DNA of 64,000 bases from Candidatus Poribacteria bacterium (GTDB taxonomy: Bacteria > Poribacteria > WGA-4E > PCPOR2b): positions 4,096,001 through 4,160,000 of the forward strand of contig OZ242326.1 in assembly GCA_965208325.1 (NCBI GenBank), given 5' to 3'. Below are positions 20,211 through 29,894 of this stretch, one piece after another; position 1 is the first letter of the stretch; every line of letters begins with the position of its first letter. Position numbers and translations under genes: made by a program. The notes under the pieces were generated by a model. That model did not search any database, was not told the DNA's origin, and saw only the letters and a list, made by a program, of their open reading frames with translations.

Positions 20211-21020
20211 ATGAGTGTGAAAGGAAAATTACTGGCGGCATTTGCATTTACACTGTTAATAAATGCTTGTGTGTGGGTGTTTTCACCTGTTGCGGAAGCG
20301 ATTATTAAGCTCGAGTCGCTTGTGGTTGCGTTGCCGTTTGATGAGGGAAATGGCGACACAGCGGAGGATCTCTCGCCGCACGGGAATGATGCTCAGCTAG
20401 TGGAGGGCGCGAAATGGGGCGACGGAAAGTTTGGGAAATGCCTCCGCGTAAAGGAGCCCGCGCGCGCCGAAGTCGAGAATAACGAAAGTTTCTGGTTACA
20501 CGACAAGGATTTCACCCTAGCCATTACGATTAATTTTTCGAAGGAACCCGGTACCACCGGTTTAATTGCGCACGATAACGGACTTGGCGCAGAGGCTTTT
20601 AAGGCTGTATGGGAATTGTTGGGCGGGGTGTTTACGTTCCACATTAATAACGGTGCAAATAACGTCGCTTGGATTCGATCGGATTTTCTGGGTACACCCG
20701 AAATCAATCGATGGTATAGTGTGGTATTGGTAAAGAAAGGGATCACGTACACGCATTATCTCGACGGTGAATTGTTCGGTGTAGCGGAGAACAAGGAGCC
20801 GATTCCCCGCCAAATCGATAATCCGCTGACGATTGGCATGGCGGAGCACACTTTCTATTTCCCCGGCCTTATTGACGAAGTCGTTGTCGGGCACACGCCG
20901 TGGGTGCAGCAAGATGCGCAGCGGTATTTTGAAAGAGGTATCCAAGGTGTGTTGGCGGTTGAACCCAGTGATAAGCTGACAACCACGTGGGGCGGACTCA
21001 AATCTAACCGCAACCATTAG
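20211..21020 (+). CDS. Secreted LamG-like protein
   Basis: Signal peptide, FDEGNGD, FPGLIDEV, tail VEPSDKLTTTWGGLK. Confidence 0.85.
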   Translation: MSVKGKLLAAFAFTLLINACVWVFSPVAEAIIKLESLVVALPFDEGNGDTAEDLSPHGNDAQLVEGAKWGDGKFGKCLRVKEPARAEVENNESFWLHDKDFTLAITINFSKEPGTTGLIAHDNGLGAEAFKAVWELLGGVFTFHINNGANNVAWIRSDFLGTPEINRWYSVVLVKKGITYTHYLDGELFGVAENKEPIPRQIDNPLTIGMAEHTFYFPGLIDEVVVGHTPWVQQDAQRYFERGIQGVLAVEPSDKLTTTWGGLKSNRNH

Positions 21021-21291
21021 TAAAGCTATCGCCGCCGGAAAAGAGCAGCGACCAGTTTCGTTACTAGCGAACCGCACAATTCAAATAGAGAACTGAAAGG
21101 GGGTGTTGCGCGGATACGATCCATATACCCTATGGTAATGTAAAAACGACCAGGGGCATTTTCAAAGCGAAATGTTTCGCTGGAAATAAATATCCGGATA
21201 TTATGCCGGATTGCTGATGTTTTTAAATACAGGGGGGCGGTGCATTGTACAGCTCCTTAATCCAAAAATCTAAATGGAGGAAGTCAATTTA

Positions 21292-22083
21292 ATGATTACC
21301 AGAATCGCAACATTAGGTTTAGCCTTTTTTATGGCGTTTGGGCTGATGATTGTTGGACAGAGCGATGCCGGGCTAGTTGGCGCATGGCTTTTCGATGAAG
21401 GCTCTGGCGACGTTACTAAAGGATTAGTAGGTAGTGATGGCATGTTAATGAATGGCGCTACTTGGACTGATGGCGTAAGAGGATCTGCGGTCTCATTTCA
21501 TGATCCAGATTCCCAACATGTTCTATTCAACGCCGACGAGGATCCAGAAAAAGCTTTCATTCTGCACAGCGATTCAGATGTCACTCTGGTATTGTGGGCA
21601 CGTGCTACTGAACCATCCCGACACGGCTCATGGATGTGGTCCCGAGGCGATGACCTTGATGAGGGCCGATTTAACGTCCACAACGGAGACGGTACCGTAT
21701 TCAGCTTCGACTACAGAGAAGATCCTGGTGGAGAACACCACCCCACGGACTGGGGCGTGTTTAATGTGCCTCTTACCGTAGGCGAGTGGACTCACGTTGC
21801 ACTCACACGAATCGGAAACGAATACACGCTCTATGGAAACGGCTCGCCAACGTCGACGTTTGTAGACGAGAATCCGAAACTTCCTACCGCCAACGGTTGG
21901 ATAGTCGGCTCGCCGCGGGGATGCTGTCCGCTAAACGGTGATGTTGACGAAATTGGATTCTTCGATATCGCGTTGACCCAAGATCAGATTAACATGGTTA
22001 TGGGCGGCGTCGAGGCGCTTGGTGCGGTCGAATCGTCAGGCAAACTCGCCACGACGTGGGCAGACATTAAGGGCCGCGACTAA
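21292..22083 (+). CDS. Secreted LamG-like protein
   Basis: ATG 21292 after GGAGG; WLFDEGSG, WTHVALT, LNGDVDEI, tail VESSGKLATTWADIK. Confidence 0.85.
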   Translation: MITRIATLGLAFFMAFGLMIVGQSDAGLVGAWLFDEGSGDVTKGLVGSDGMLMNGATWTDGVRGSAVSFHDPDSQHVLFNADEDPEKAFILHSDSDVTLVLWARATEPSRHGSWMWSRGDDLDEGRFNVHNGDGTVFSFDYREDPGGEHHPTDWGVFNVPLTVGEWTHVALTRIGNEYTLYGNGSPTSTFVDENPKLPTANGWIVGSPRGCCPLNGDVDEIGFFDIALTQDQINMVMGGVEALGAVESSGKLATTWADIKGRD

Positions 22084-22579
22084 ATCCCGCGTCATGTTCA
22101 ATACATTCCATTCGACAGCCTTTTGAGAGCGCAACGTTGGTGCCAACATAATGTCTTTCGGAAGGCTGATGACCTAATGGAATGTAACAGTTTAATTACT
22201 TCTAATTCCAACTTTTATGGTTGGATGATTCATAATTAAATGCGGCGCGGCGTGTTGAGTGAAAACGGATGCCATAACTCAATGCGCCGCCCGTATTTTC
22301 ATAGATTTTCCCCCACCGCTGATAAAACCTCCTGCGCAACTCCTTGTGCTGCTTGAAAAACTTCGTCTATTCGCTTTGCGCGCCGAAGAATTCCACAGAT
22401 TGTATCAATTTCAATAATCTCTGCCCGCCAAAAACGCACCAAACAAGAATTGCGTACGCTCCCCTTCCGGTTTTCCAATCTATTTCTATTTCCCAATCGT
22501 TGGTATTTAAAAATCAGGTGTGTTTCGACGCGTGTAATTTTTTTCAGCGCGGGCGAGAGGGTTGTATCGGGTTAAACCG

Positions 22580-22608
22580 TTGACACCTCAAGGCGTGCAT
22601 GCTATGAT
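22580..22608 (+). promoter_or_regulatory. Sigma70 promoter
   Basis: TTGACA-17bp-TATGAT with extended TG. Confidence 0.7.
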
Positions 22609-22645
22609 AGCCTCCGAGATAGGTGCGAACCATCGGAGATAAGAC

Positions 22646-22984
22646 ATGGAATACACCCTCAATAGCTGCCAAGAACTTGTTGACAACTGGATTCAATCTG
22701 TTGGCGTGCGCTATTTTTCCGAGTTGACAAATACTGCAATTCTAATGGAAGAAGTTGGAGAGATAGCTCGAATTATGGCGCGCCAATACGGCGACCAAAG
22801 TTTTAAAGCGTCGGAAGAAGACATTAATCTCGCAGAGGAAATGGCGGACGTGCTTTTTGTGCTGATTTGTCTGGCAAATCAGACGGGAGTGAACCTAGAA
22901 GATGCTTTCAGGAAGACAATTGAGAAAAAGACCGAGCGAGATGGAAACCGGCATAAGAACAACCCGAAACTGGGATGCGGCTGA
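22646..22984 (+). CDS. Single-domain MazG-like nucleotide pyrophosphohydrolase (YpjD type)
   Basis: RYFSELTN..LMEEVGE.AR, EEMADVLFVLICLANQTG, RD..RH. Confidence 0.9.
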   Translation: MEYTLNSCQELVDNWIQSVGVRYFSELTNTAILMEEVGEIARIMARQYGDQSFKASEEDINLAEEMADVLFVLICLANQTGVNLEDAFRKTIEKKTERDGNRHKNNPKLGCG

Positions 22985-23100
22985 GATATGAGATACAGGC
23001 GGTTTCGTTGGCTTTTCGAACCACACTGAATTAATCGAGCGGCATCTAGTATTGAAATATACCTACCGATAACGTGGTTCCTTGCGTATTCAACACCACC

Positions 23101-24288
23101 ATGAAAATGAACCTTGACGAAATCCAGCGCATTCTCAAATCATACGAGATCGATGGTTGGCTGTTGTATGACTTCCGCGGCAGCAACCCAATCGCGCAAC
23201 GTGTCGCCGGCGTCACAGACGGTGCGATAACGCGGCGTTGGTTTTGCTATATTCCGTCAAGCGGCGAGCCGACTTGGCTGATTCACCGCATTGAACTATC
23301 CCATTTTTCCCAAGTTACCGGCCGCGTGAAAACCTACGTGAGGTGGCGTGAACTTCACGATGAGATCGCGGCAATACTCTTCGATGGCGGCAAAGTAGCG
23401 ATGGAATATTCTCCTAACGCCGCGATTCCCTATGTCTCAAGGGTAGATGCCGGTACGTTGGAATTGATTCGTTCCTCAGGTGTCGAGGTTGTATCTTCTG
23501 GCATTTTAGTCCAGCACGTCGAGGCGTGTTTAACTGATGAACAGTTAGAGACGCATCAGGAAGCGGCGCGTCTGATATTGGAGGTGAAAGACCTCGCTTT
23601 TGCATGGATTGGCGAACAAGTCAAAATGGGCAATCCCATCTCGGAATATGATGTCCAATGTCTAATAATGGAACGCTTTGAAGCCATGCATCTAATTGCG
23701 GGGCATCCGCCTATTGTGGCGGTCAACGCTAACAGCAGCGCCCCGCACTATTTTCCAACCGCTGCCGAACACCAGCCGATTGCGGCGGGCGATTTTATTC
23801 TAATCGATCTGTGGGCAAAAATGGACGTGCCGAACGCGGTTTATGGGGACACGACTTGGGTTGGTTATGCTGGAAAGCATGCTCCGGACAAATACGTGAA
23901 GATTTTTGAGATTGTTCGTGGCGCTCGCGATCTTGCTGTCGAATTTATTCGCGGCATGACCTCGGCGGGGAATCAGATTTACGGATATGAAGTCGATGAT
24001 GTTGCACGGAATTATATTGCGGAGAAGGGATACGGCGAATTTTTTATCCACCGTGTAGGGCACAACATCGGGACAGAATTACACGGCAACGGCGTCAATA
24101 TTGACAATTTCGAAACGCGGGATGATCGCCCCTTAGTTCCCGGTATCTGTTTTTCCATTGAACCGGGGATTTACCTCCCCGAATTTGGGATTAGGAGCGA
24201 AATTGACGTTTTTTTAGCTCATCCAGAGCAAGGCGGCGTAATAGTGACAACCGCCCCAGTTCAAAATGAGGTATTGTTACTGCTGTAA
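23101..24288 (+). CDS. M24 family Xaa-Pro peptidase
   Basis: DGWLLYDF, LIDLWAK, YGDTTW, FIHRVGH, FSIEPGIY, GIRSE. Confidence 0.9.
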   Translation: MKMNLDEIQRILKSYEIDGWLLYDFRGSNPIAQRVAGVTDGAITRRWFCYIPSSGEPTWLIHRIELSHFSQVTGRVKTYVRWRELHDEIAAILFDGGKVAMEYSPNAAIPYVSRVDAGTLELIRSSGVEVVSSGILVQHVEACLTDEQLETHQEAARLILEVKDLAFAWIGEQVKMGNPISEYDVQCLIMERFEAMHLIAGHPPIVAVNANSSAPHYFPTAAEHQPIAAGDFILIDLWAKMDVPNAVYGDTTWVGYAGKHAPDKYVKIFEIVRGARDLAVEFIRGMTSAGNQIYGYEVDDVARNYIAEKGYGEFFIHRVGHNIGTELHGNGVNIDNFETRDDRPLVPGICFSIEPGIYLPEFGIRSEIDVFLAHPEQGGVIVTTAPVQNEVLLLL

Positions 24289-24949
24289 CCTTGTAATTGC
24301 GTCTTTTTAGATCTACTAACACTCTATTAAAATATGTCTGTGCGTTGATAATCCATTGCATCGCGTCCCTGGGGTTATGATTATCCCGTACAAGATTTGC
24401 AACCCCGAGGCGGTAAACGAGATACCGTTTGTCATCGCGAGTATGTTGTTCAGGTACAAGCGTTCTATCCGGATCGGCGTCAACTGCACCGTCAATTTCA
24501 AGGACCCAGAAAAAATAATCCTCGTTATATCCGAGATAACCCATCTCGACATCGAGGCGGTTATCAGTTTCTGTGGGCAGAGATATTAGCGCAAAGTTTC
24601 GATTTAGAACCTGCGGATATATCGCGCTTAGAAATATCTGATCATAACCGGAGGGATGCTTTGTGCGGCTGAGGAGTTCCAGCAATGTTTTTCGATCTTC
24701 CGTCTTGAGTTTCAGGCAGATTTGTGCAAAAACCTCATTACGCAAACTCATGACGCTCTGATCTAACGGAATTAAGTGCTTGGCGAGGTCCTTAATTGCG
24801 CGGCGTTTCAAAGAAATATTCCAGAGCAGCCAACGTCCAATTTGATACCAAGTCTCCAGTTGAAGAAGACGCCGCGGCGAGATATATTTAAGTTTCTCAA
24901 GAACTTGCCTGTACCAATTTTCATGGAGTTCTAGATCTTGTTGATTCAC
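24191..24949 (-). CDS. Hypothetical protein with possible Vsr/DUF559-like nuclease motif
   Basis: 252-aa ORF downstream of the M28 gene; RLDV..VLEIDG..H.RDDKR..LG pattern; overlaps the M24 gene end by 98 bp. Confidence 0.5.
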   Translation of the reverse strand: MNQQDLELHENWYRQVLEKLKYISPRRLLQLETWYQIGRWLLWNISLKRRAIKDLAKHLIPLDQSVMSLRNEVFAQICLKLKTEDRKTLLELLSRTKHPSGYDQIFLSAIYPQVLNRNFALISLPTETDNRLDVEMGYLGYNEDYFFWVLEIDGAVDADPDRTLVPEQHTRDDKRYLVYRLGVANLVRDNHNPRDAMQWIINAQTYFNRVLVDLKRRNYKVTAVTIPHFELGRLSLLRRLALDELKKRQFRS

Positions 24950-25002
24950 AGCTTCACCTGATTTATAGCCTCACAAAATTGCGCTATATGTTGAATGGTT
25001 CT

Positions 25003-25980
25003 TTACAACCCCCGATAAACAATATCTAACACTAAGCGTCCGACGACTTCCAAGCTGTGAGGGCTGCATTTATCCGGTGTATCTTCAATTGTATGCCAAT
25101 AAGGGTAGGTGAAGTCGATAATGTTTACAGTTGGAACGCCCGCCTCAATGAGTTGTAGATGATCATCCATTACCGCCGCGCCTAACCGCCGTTGAAACTC
25201 GGGGAGGCCGATTTCCTCGGCGCGTCTCCAAACCGCCTCTGTCAACTGGCGGTCCGCATTCCAAGAGTAGCGTTCCATGGGCAACTCTAAATCGCGGTCG
25301 CCAACCATGTCCAAAAGTATACCAAAATCCGCTGACCACCTTCCCATATTTTGTGCAAAATATCGAGATCCAAGGAACATGTCCGAGACCGTTTTCCCAT
25401 AATCTTCGCCGTCAAACAAAACGATGATCACGGGAGTTGCAGGTGGATTGGATTTTAATATGCGCGCGACCTCAAGGAGAACAGCGACTCCCGATGCCCC
25501 GTCGTTAGCGCCAAGAATCGGTGTGTTGCGGTTCGCCAGATTTGGATCCAAGTCCGCAAATGGACGCGTATCCCAATGCGCGGCGAGGAGCATTGTTCCG
25601 CCCCCGTTGCCTCCGAAACGGGCAAGAATGTTGTTCATTTTTATGGATTGGTTTTGTTGGCGGTACTCAAATGGCTGGAGCACAGCCTCTTCGGCAAATT
25701 TTTCGAGTTCAGCGAGGAGATAAGCCTGGGTTTTTTGGTGCGCGGCGGATCCCGGGAATCGCGCGCCAAACTCGCACTGCTTTTCCAGATATACAAAGGC
25801 GCGTTTTCCACTGAATTCCCGTTCGTTAATTTGGTCTTCCGCGTTGCTGTTCCGCGAGTCTTCAACGGAAGCTTCCAATCGTGAAATAGGCGTTAACTCC
25901 CACCGAATTACGCCGAGGATGAGCAAACACAACACACTCCATACCAACGGTTGCCTAAGTTTTTGAACGAAAGGAATCAT
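25003..25980 (-). CDS. M28 family peptidase / glutaminyl cyclase-like
   Basis: AHWDTRP, GANDGASG, FDGED, DMVG, DDH, WHT..D. Confidence 0.9.
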   Translation of the reverse strand: MIPFVQKLRQPLVWSVLCLLILGVIRWELTPISRLEASVEDSRNSNAEDQINEREFSGKRAFVYLEKQCEFGARFPGSAAHQKTQAYLLAELEKFAEEAVLQPFEYRQQNQSIKMNNILARFGGNGGGTMLLAAHWDTRPFADLDPNLANRNTPILGANDGASGVAVLLEVARILKSNPPATPVIIVLFDGEDYGKTVSDMFLGSRYFAQNMGRWSADFGILLDMVGDRDLELPMERYSWNADRQLTEAVWRRAEEIGLPEFQRRLGAAVMDDHLQLIEAGVPTVNIIDFTYPYWHTIEDTPDKCSPHSLEVVGRLVLDIVYRGL

Positions 25981-25991
25981 GGGGTTTACCC

Positions 25992-26591
25992 TTATATCTC
26001 TCGACGGCCTTCTAAGGCTCTGGCAAGTGTGACTTCGTCGATATACTCGAGGTCGCCGCCCGCAGGTATTCCGTAAGCAATTCGAGTAATCGAGACCCCT
26101 AAGTCTTCGAGAAGGTTTTTCAAATAAAGCGCAGTTGCTTGCCCTTGAGTCGTGTAATTCGTTGCCACAATCACCTCTTTGATATCCTCATTTTGAATTC
26201 GCTTGAGTAGCGCATCAATTTTGATGTCTTTAGGCCCAACGCCATCCAAAGGCGAAAGAACACCCATGAGGGTATGGTATAAGCCTTTGTATTCTTTTGT
26301 ACGTTCAATCGCCAAGAGATCGTCAGGTTCCTCAATAACACAAATTACTTGGCGGTCGCGTTCGGCATCTGTGCAAATGTAGCAAGGGTTTCGATCCGTG
26401 ATGTTGCCGCAAACTGTGCAATGGGATAGGTGGGATTTGACATCGGAAATGGCGCGCGCCAACTTTGTCGTTTCCTCATCCGGCAATTTAGTCATGTAAA
26501 ACGCCAGGCGTTGGGCGGTTTTCGGGCCAATCGTAGGCAATTTCTGCAGCTCGTTAATTAATCTAGCCAGCGGTTCAGGGTAATGTAGCAT
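25992..26591 (-). CDS. recR: Recombination mediator RecR
   Basis: LPTIGPKTAQRLA, C4 zinc finger, Toprim domain, TLARALEGRR. Confidence 0.98.
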   Translation of the reverse strand: MLHYPEPLARLINELQKLPTIGPKTAQRLAFYMTKLPDEETTKLARAISDVKSHLSHCTVCGNITDRNPCYICTDAERDRQVICVIEEPDDLLAIERTKEYKGLYHTLMGVLSPLDGVGPKDIKIDALLKRIQNEDIKEVIVATNYTTQGQATALYLKNLLEDLGVSITRIAYGIPAGGDLEYIDEVTLARALEGRREI

Positions 26592-26617
26592 ATAGGTAAT
26601 GAGTTTGTATTGTTCAT

Positions 26618-26926
26618 TTACATGAGTCCTGGGATTTTTAACCCTCCAGTCAACTTTCCCATTTCCTGGTTCATTAGTTCTTGCGCTTCGTTTCGAGCTT
26701 CATTTGCGGCAGCGACAATCAGGTCTTCAAGAATTTCCACATCATCCGGGTCAACCACATCGGGTGAGATTTTTATCGATACCAACTCCTGCTGGCCATT
26801 GACGACGGCTGTGACCATGCCGCCTCCAACCGTTGCCTCGACAGTACGATTCGCAAGTTCTTCTTGGATTTCAAGCATGCGTTTTTGCAGTTGTTGCGCT
26901 TGTTTCATAAGATTATTCATCTTCAT
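26618..26926 (-). CDS. ybaB: YbaB/EbfC nucleoid-associated protein
   Basis: MKQAQQLQ, GGGMVT, LEDLIVAA; lies between dnaX and recR. Confidence 0.95.
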   Translation of the reverse strand: MKMNNLMKQAQQLQKRMLEIQEELANRTVEATVGGGMVTAVVNGQQELVSIKISPDVVDPDDVEILEDLIVAAANEARNEAQELMNQEMGKLTGGLKIPGLM

Positions 26927-27014
26927 CTAGATTACCTTTCAAAAATATTGTTTACTTACGGACTTGCGCGAAGTCTATAATAGACATCTTTCGAAAATAA
27001 TCCCGCCGCCTGAT

Positions 27015-27133
27015 AGCCCCGGCGGGGCGGCAGGTGTAAAACGACTACCCTCACATTGGTCTAATACGCTGTAGGGGCAACCCTTGTGGTCCCCCCCGCA
27101 AGGCTTATGTAGGGGCAGGTCTTGTGCCTGCCC
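27015..27133 (+). repeat. REP cluster between dnaX and ybaB
   Basis: AGCCCCGGCGGGGCGGCAGGTG, GTAGGGGCAACCCTTGTGG, GTAGGGGCAGGTCTTGTGCCTGCCC (same REPs as inside 7754-7957). Confidence 0.7.
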
Positions 27134-27169
27134 AATAAACTTTACTTTAAGCCATACTCGCTCAAACAA

Positions 27170-28987
27170 CTATTTGGGTTCAATTTTAAGTATCTTTGCG
27201 TCAAAGAGATTGAGTGTCGGGGCTAGTTGTGCATCTTGTTCAACTTCAGCCTGAAACATAAGTCCACCTGGTTTGTGTGCGGATTTCGCGGTCTCCATCG
27301 AATTCATATCAGAGGATTCGCCGGAAGCAACGAACTGGATTTGGACAGGGTGTCCAATAAAACTTCTCAAAAGTTTTACAACAAGAGTTTTTTCGTCCTC
27401 ACTGATAATGGATTCGCTTGCCAACGCAGAGTTGCAAGCAATTTCCAGAATTGGAACGGTTTCGGGTGCGGGACCGTTGTTTTCTTGATAAGGTAGAAGC
27501 GTGGTCGCTTTGAGGAGCGAAAATAGCGCCATATTGTCTGCCCGCAATGATTGCAATACCTGTCCCCAAACATTCTCAAGTTGCTTTGAATCGCCGAGCA
27601 TAGTGTAATCATGTGTTGCGTTAGCATTGTCGTTCGTGTCAGGCGTAATCGTGTCATGGTGATACGTGGACTGTGGATCCAAATTCGAGTCTTCCCCCAA
27701 AGATAAGGGAGCAGGCGGACGCTCGAAATCAGACCTATTGGACTGGTCGGCAGTGGATTGGGGATTGATGTCACGCGGTGAAGGAACAGTTTGATTTTGG
27801 GAAGCGCTGTGCACGGCGATTTTGTCTTCAATCTCCGAAAGCCTGCCGGCAATCTCCGCGAGTTGAATACCCTCTTGAATCGAGCACATATCAATCACCG
27901 CAGATTCAAGGTGGATTTGAGCGTATCCGTGGCGCTTGATCTCGCTATGTGTTTTAGTCAAAATTTTAATTATCCGCGATAAACGCTCCGTGGTAGTCTG
28001 ATCTGCTTGTTCCCGCATGCGATTGAGTTCCGATTTCGAACCTTCGATCAAATTTTCCAAATTTTTGTTAATGGCTAATATTCTTATCTGTCTAAAGTGT
28101 GTAATGAGTTGATGTAAGCATTGGATTAAATCCACGCCCTGCTTTGCTAAGTTGGCGAGGGATTGGAGGGATTCAGATAATTTACACTCCAGAACTGCTT
28201 GAACGAGCTCATGGATGAGGTGCGACGATCCAAATCCCAATATTTGGTTAATCTTCTCCGCCTCCAACGTATCTCCAACCGATGCAATCAACCGTTCCAA
28301 CAGGTTTTCGGCGTCCCTGAGACACCCTTCCGATTGTTCCGCAATCGAAGACAGGCCTTCGTCGTCAATACTAATATCTTCGGCGGTGCAAATGCTGCGC
28401 AGACGGTCGGAAATCTGTCCCATTTCCATGTAGCGAAAGTCGAAATCTTGGCAACGGGATATAATTGTTTTAGGAATTTTGTGGTGTTCTGTTGTTGCGA
28501 GGATGAATATGACATGCGGGGGCGGTTCTTCAAGCGTTTTCAACAGGGCGTTGAAGGCTTCCTGGGTAAGCATGTGCGCTTCGTCAATGATATAGATTTT
28601 ATAGAGATTGGAAGCCGGCGCTAATTTTACATTTTCCCGAAGTTCGCGGATTGGATCAATCCCTCGATTGGATGCGGCATCCATTTCGATTACATCGAAC
28701 GATCTGTCTTGAGAGATTTCGACACAAAACTGGCATTCATTACAAGGTTCAGCTGTGGCTCCCTGTTGGGATTCAGTCCCTTTGCGGCGGTTGGGGCAGT
28801 TCACGGCCTTTGCTAGAATACGCGCAACCGTTGTTTTGCCAGTGCCCCGAGGCCCCCAAAATAGGTAGGCATGACCAACCCTGTCCGATAAAATCTGGTT
28901 TTTCAGGGTTTGTATGACATGCGTTTGACCAACGACATCTTCAAATAACCGGGGGCGCCACTTCTGCGCTAGTACCTCATAGGACAT
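27170..28987 (-). CDS. dnaX: DNA polymerase III subunit gamma/tau
   Basis: MSYEVLAQKWRP, GPRGTGKTT, DAASNRG, IDEAHML, ISRCQ; true start ATG 28987 (the upstream ORF extension overlaps the SRP RNA). Confidence 0.97.
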   Translation of the reverse strand: MSYEVLAQKWRPRLFEDVVGQTHVIQTLKNQILSDRVGHAYLFWGPRGTGKTTVARILAKAVNCPNRRKGTESQQGATAEPCNECQFCVEISQDRSFDVIEMDAASNRGIDPIRELRENVKLAPASNLYKIYIIDEAHMLTQEAFNALLKTLEEPPPHVIFILATTEHHKIPKTIISRCQDFDFRYMEMGQISDRLRSICTAEDISIDDEGLSSIAEQSEGCLRDAENLLERLIASVGDTLEAEKINQILGFGSSHLIHELVQAVLECKLSESLQSLANLAKQGVDLIQCLHQLITHFRQIRILAINKNLENLIEGSKSELNRMREQADQTTTERLSRIIKILTKTHSEIKRHGYAQIHLESAVIDMCSIQEGIQLAEIAGRLSEIEDKIAVHSASQNQTVPSPRDINPQSTADQSNRSDFERPPAPLSLGEDSNLDPQSTYHHDTITPDTNDNANATHDYTMLGDSKQLENVWGQVLQSLRADNMALFSLLKATTLLPYQENNGPAPETVPILEIACNSALASESIISEDEKTLVVKLLRSFIGHPVQIQFVASGESSDMNSMETAKSAHKPGGLMFQAEVEQDAQLAPTLNLFDAKILKIEPK

Positions 28988-29113
28988 GAATTCGCCCTTC
29001 AAATAATCGGGGTGGAAAAAACCTTCGAGAGAGACCTCAACGTCCGGTCTAGATTGCTTTGATCCGACAACAAATCCGATAATGGAAGAAAGAGGAGAGA
29101 AAACGTGGAATAT

Positions 29114-29391
29114 CTTGGCTATGCACCTCGAGTTTGACGCGCTCTCCCAAGCGTTACCCGAGCAGTTAGCTCCAATTAGGCTGTCCTGCGTCACACCTGA
29201 AGATTTATCTGCCGCTGCTTCTTTCCAGACCTGACGGGGTTTGATAAATTCAAGTTGCTCAGGACCTAATCTTCAACACCACTTACATGGGCCGGACCTC
29301 AAAAGAAACACGCCGCGCCCTAGGAATTCAGCCCTGCTATAGCGGATTGCAGATTCAGGGCACCGCTACCTCCCCGCCTAGCATAGCCAAG
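29114..29391 (-). ncRNA. ffs: Large bacterial SRP RNA with Alu domain
   Basis: Minus strand GCTAGGCGGGGAGGTAGCGGTGCCCTG..CCGCTATAGCAGGG (Alu), helix 8 CAGGTCTGGAAAGAAGCAG, and terminal CTTGGCTATGC/GCATAGCCAAG pairing. Confidence 0.92.
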
Positions 29392-29494
29392 GTCTTAATG
29401 CGGACAAACTGGCGGCAAATACAATCAATAAAAGTTCTTGCTTTACAGCGTAACTTCAATCTTCCAAAGGCCGATCAAGATACATGCAGCTTAT

Positions 29495-29588
29495 GAACCT
29501 GTTTGAAAATTTATTCTATACCGCCCCAGAGGGGCATCTTGCCCTGCGCACGCCCCCACGCTCCGTAGGCGCGGCATCTTGCCGCGCA
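29495..29588 (-). repeat. Partial family B element (end plus REP)
   Basis: GAACCTGTTTGAAAATT..TATA..GCCCC..AGGGGC is the inverse of the 2340-2385 end; GTAGGCGCGGCATCTTGCCGCGC. Confidence 0.65.
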
Positions 29589-29648
29589 TGTCGCTTTCGT
29601 TTCACGACAATGGTGCGGTGTTGATTCATATTGGCTGCGCCGCTCCGT

Positions 29649-29894
29649 TCAAGATTGCGGAATGGTCGATTTATATTTCACCAAACGGAAAAGGCCCTTC
29701 GACGGTTTGTACACCTTTTCAGGGTATTTTTCGACAAGTTTCCACACGCAGCCATTCACCGTTTTTGGATGAAAGGTTGGGTCTGATTCCTCAATCTTGG
29801 ACAGGAGTTCTGACCAACGCAGCCCCTCCGGATGCTGCTCAAGCAAATCCATTGCTATCGCGTTGATGCGCCCCGTAACTGTAGATTTGCCCAT
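29649..29894 (-). CDS. Small hypothetical protein, winged-helix-like
   Basis: 81 aa; PEGLRWSEL..., C-terminal YKPSKGLFRL wing-like hairpin. Confidence 0.6.
   Translation of the reverse strand: MGKSTVTGRINAIAMDLLEQHPEGLRWSELLSKIEESDPTFHPKTVNGCVWKLVEKYPEKVYKPSKGLFRLVKYKSTIPQS

Noticed and set aside
27170..28987. Programmed frameshift site in dnaX
   Set aside because: No A-AAA-AAG or long A-run followed by a hairpin was seen at the expected position.
28988..29194. N-terminal extension of DnaX in the ORF track
   Set aside because: It overlaps the SRP RNA; the conserved start is MSYEVLAQKWRP.
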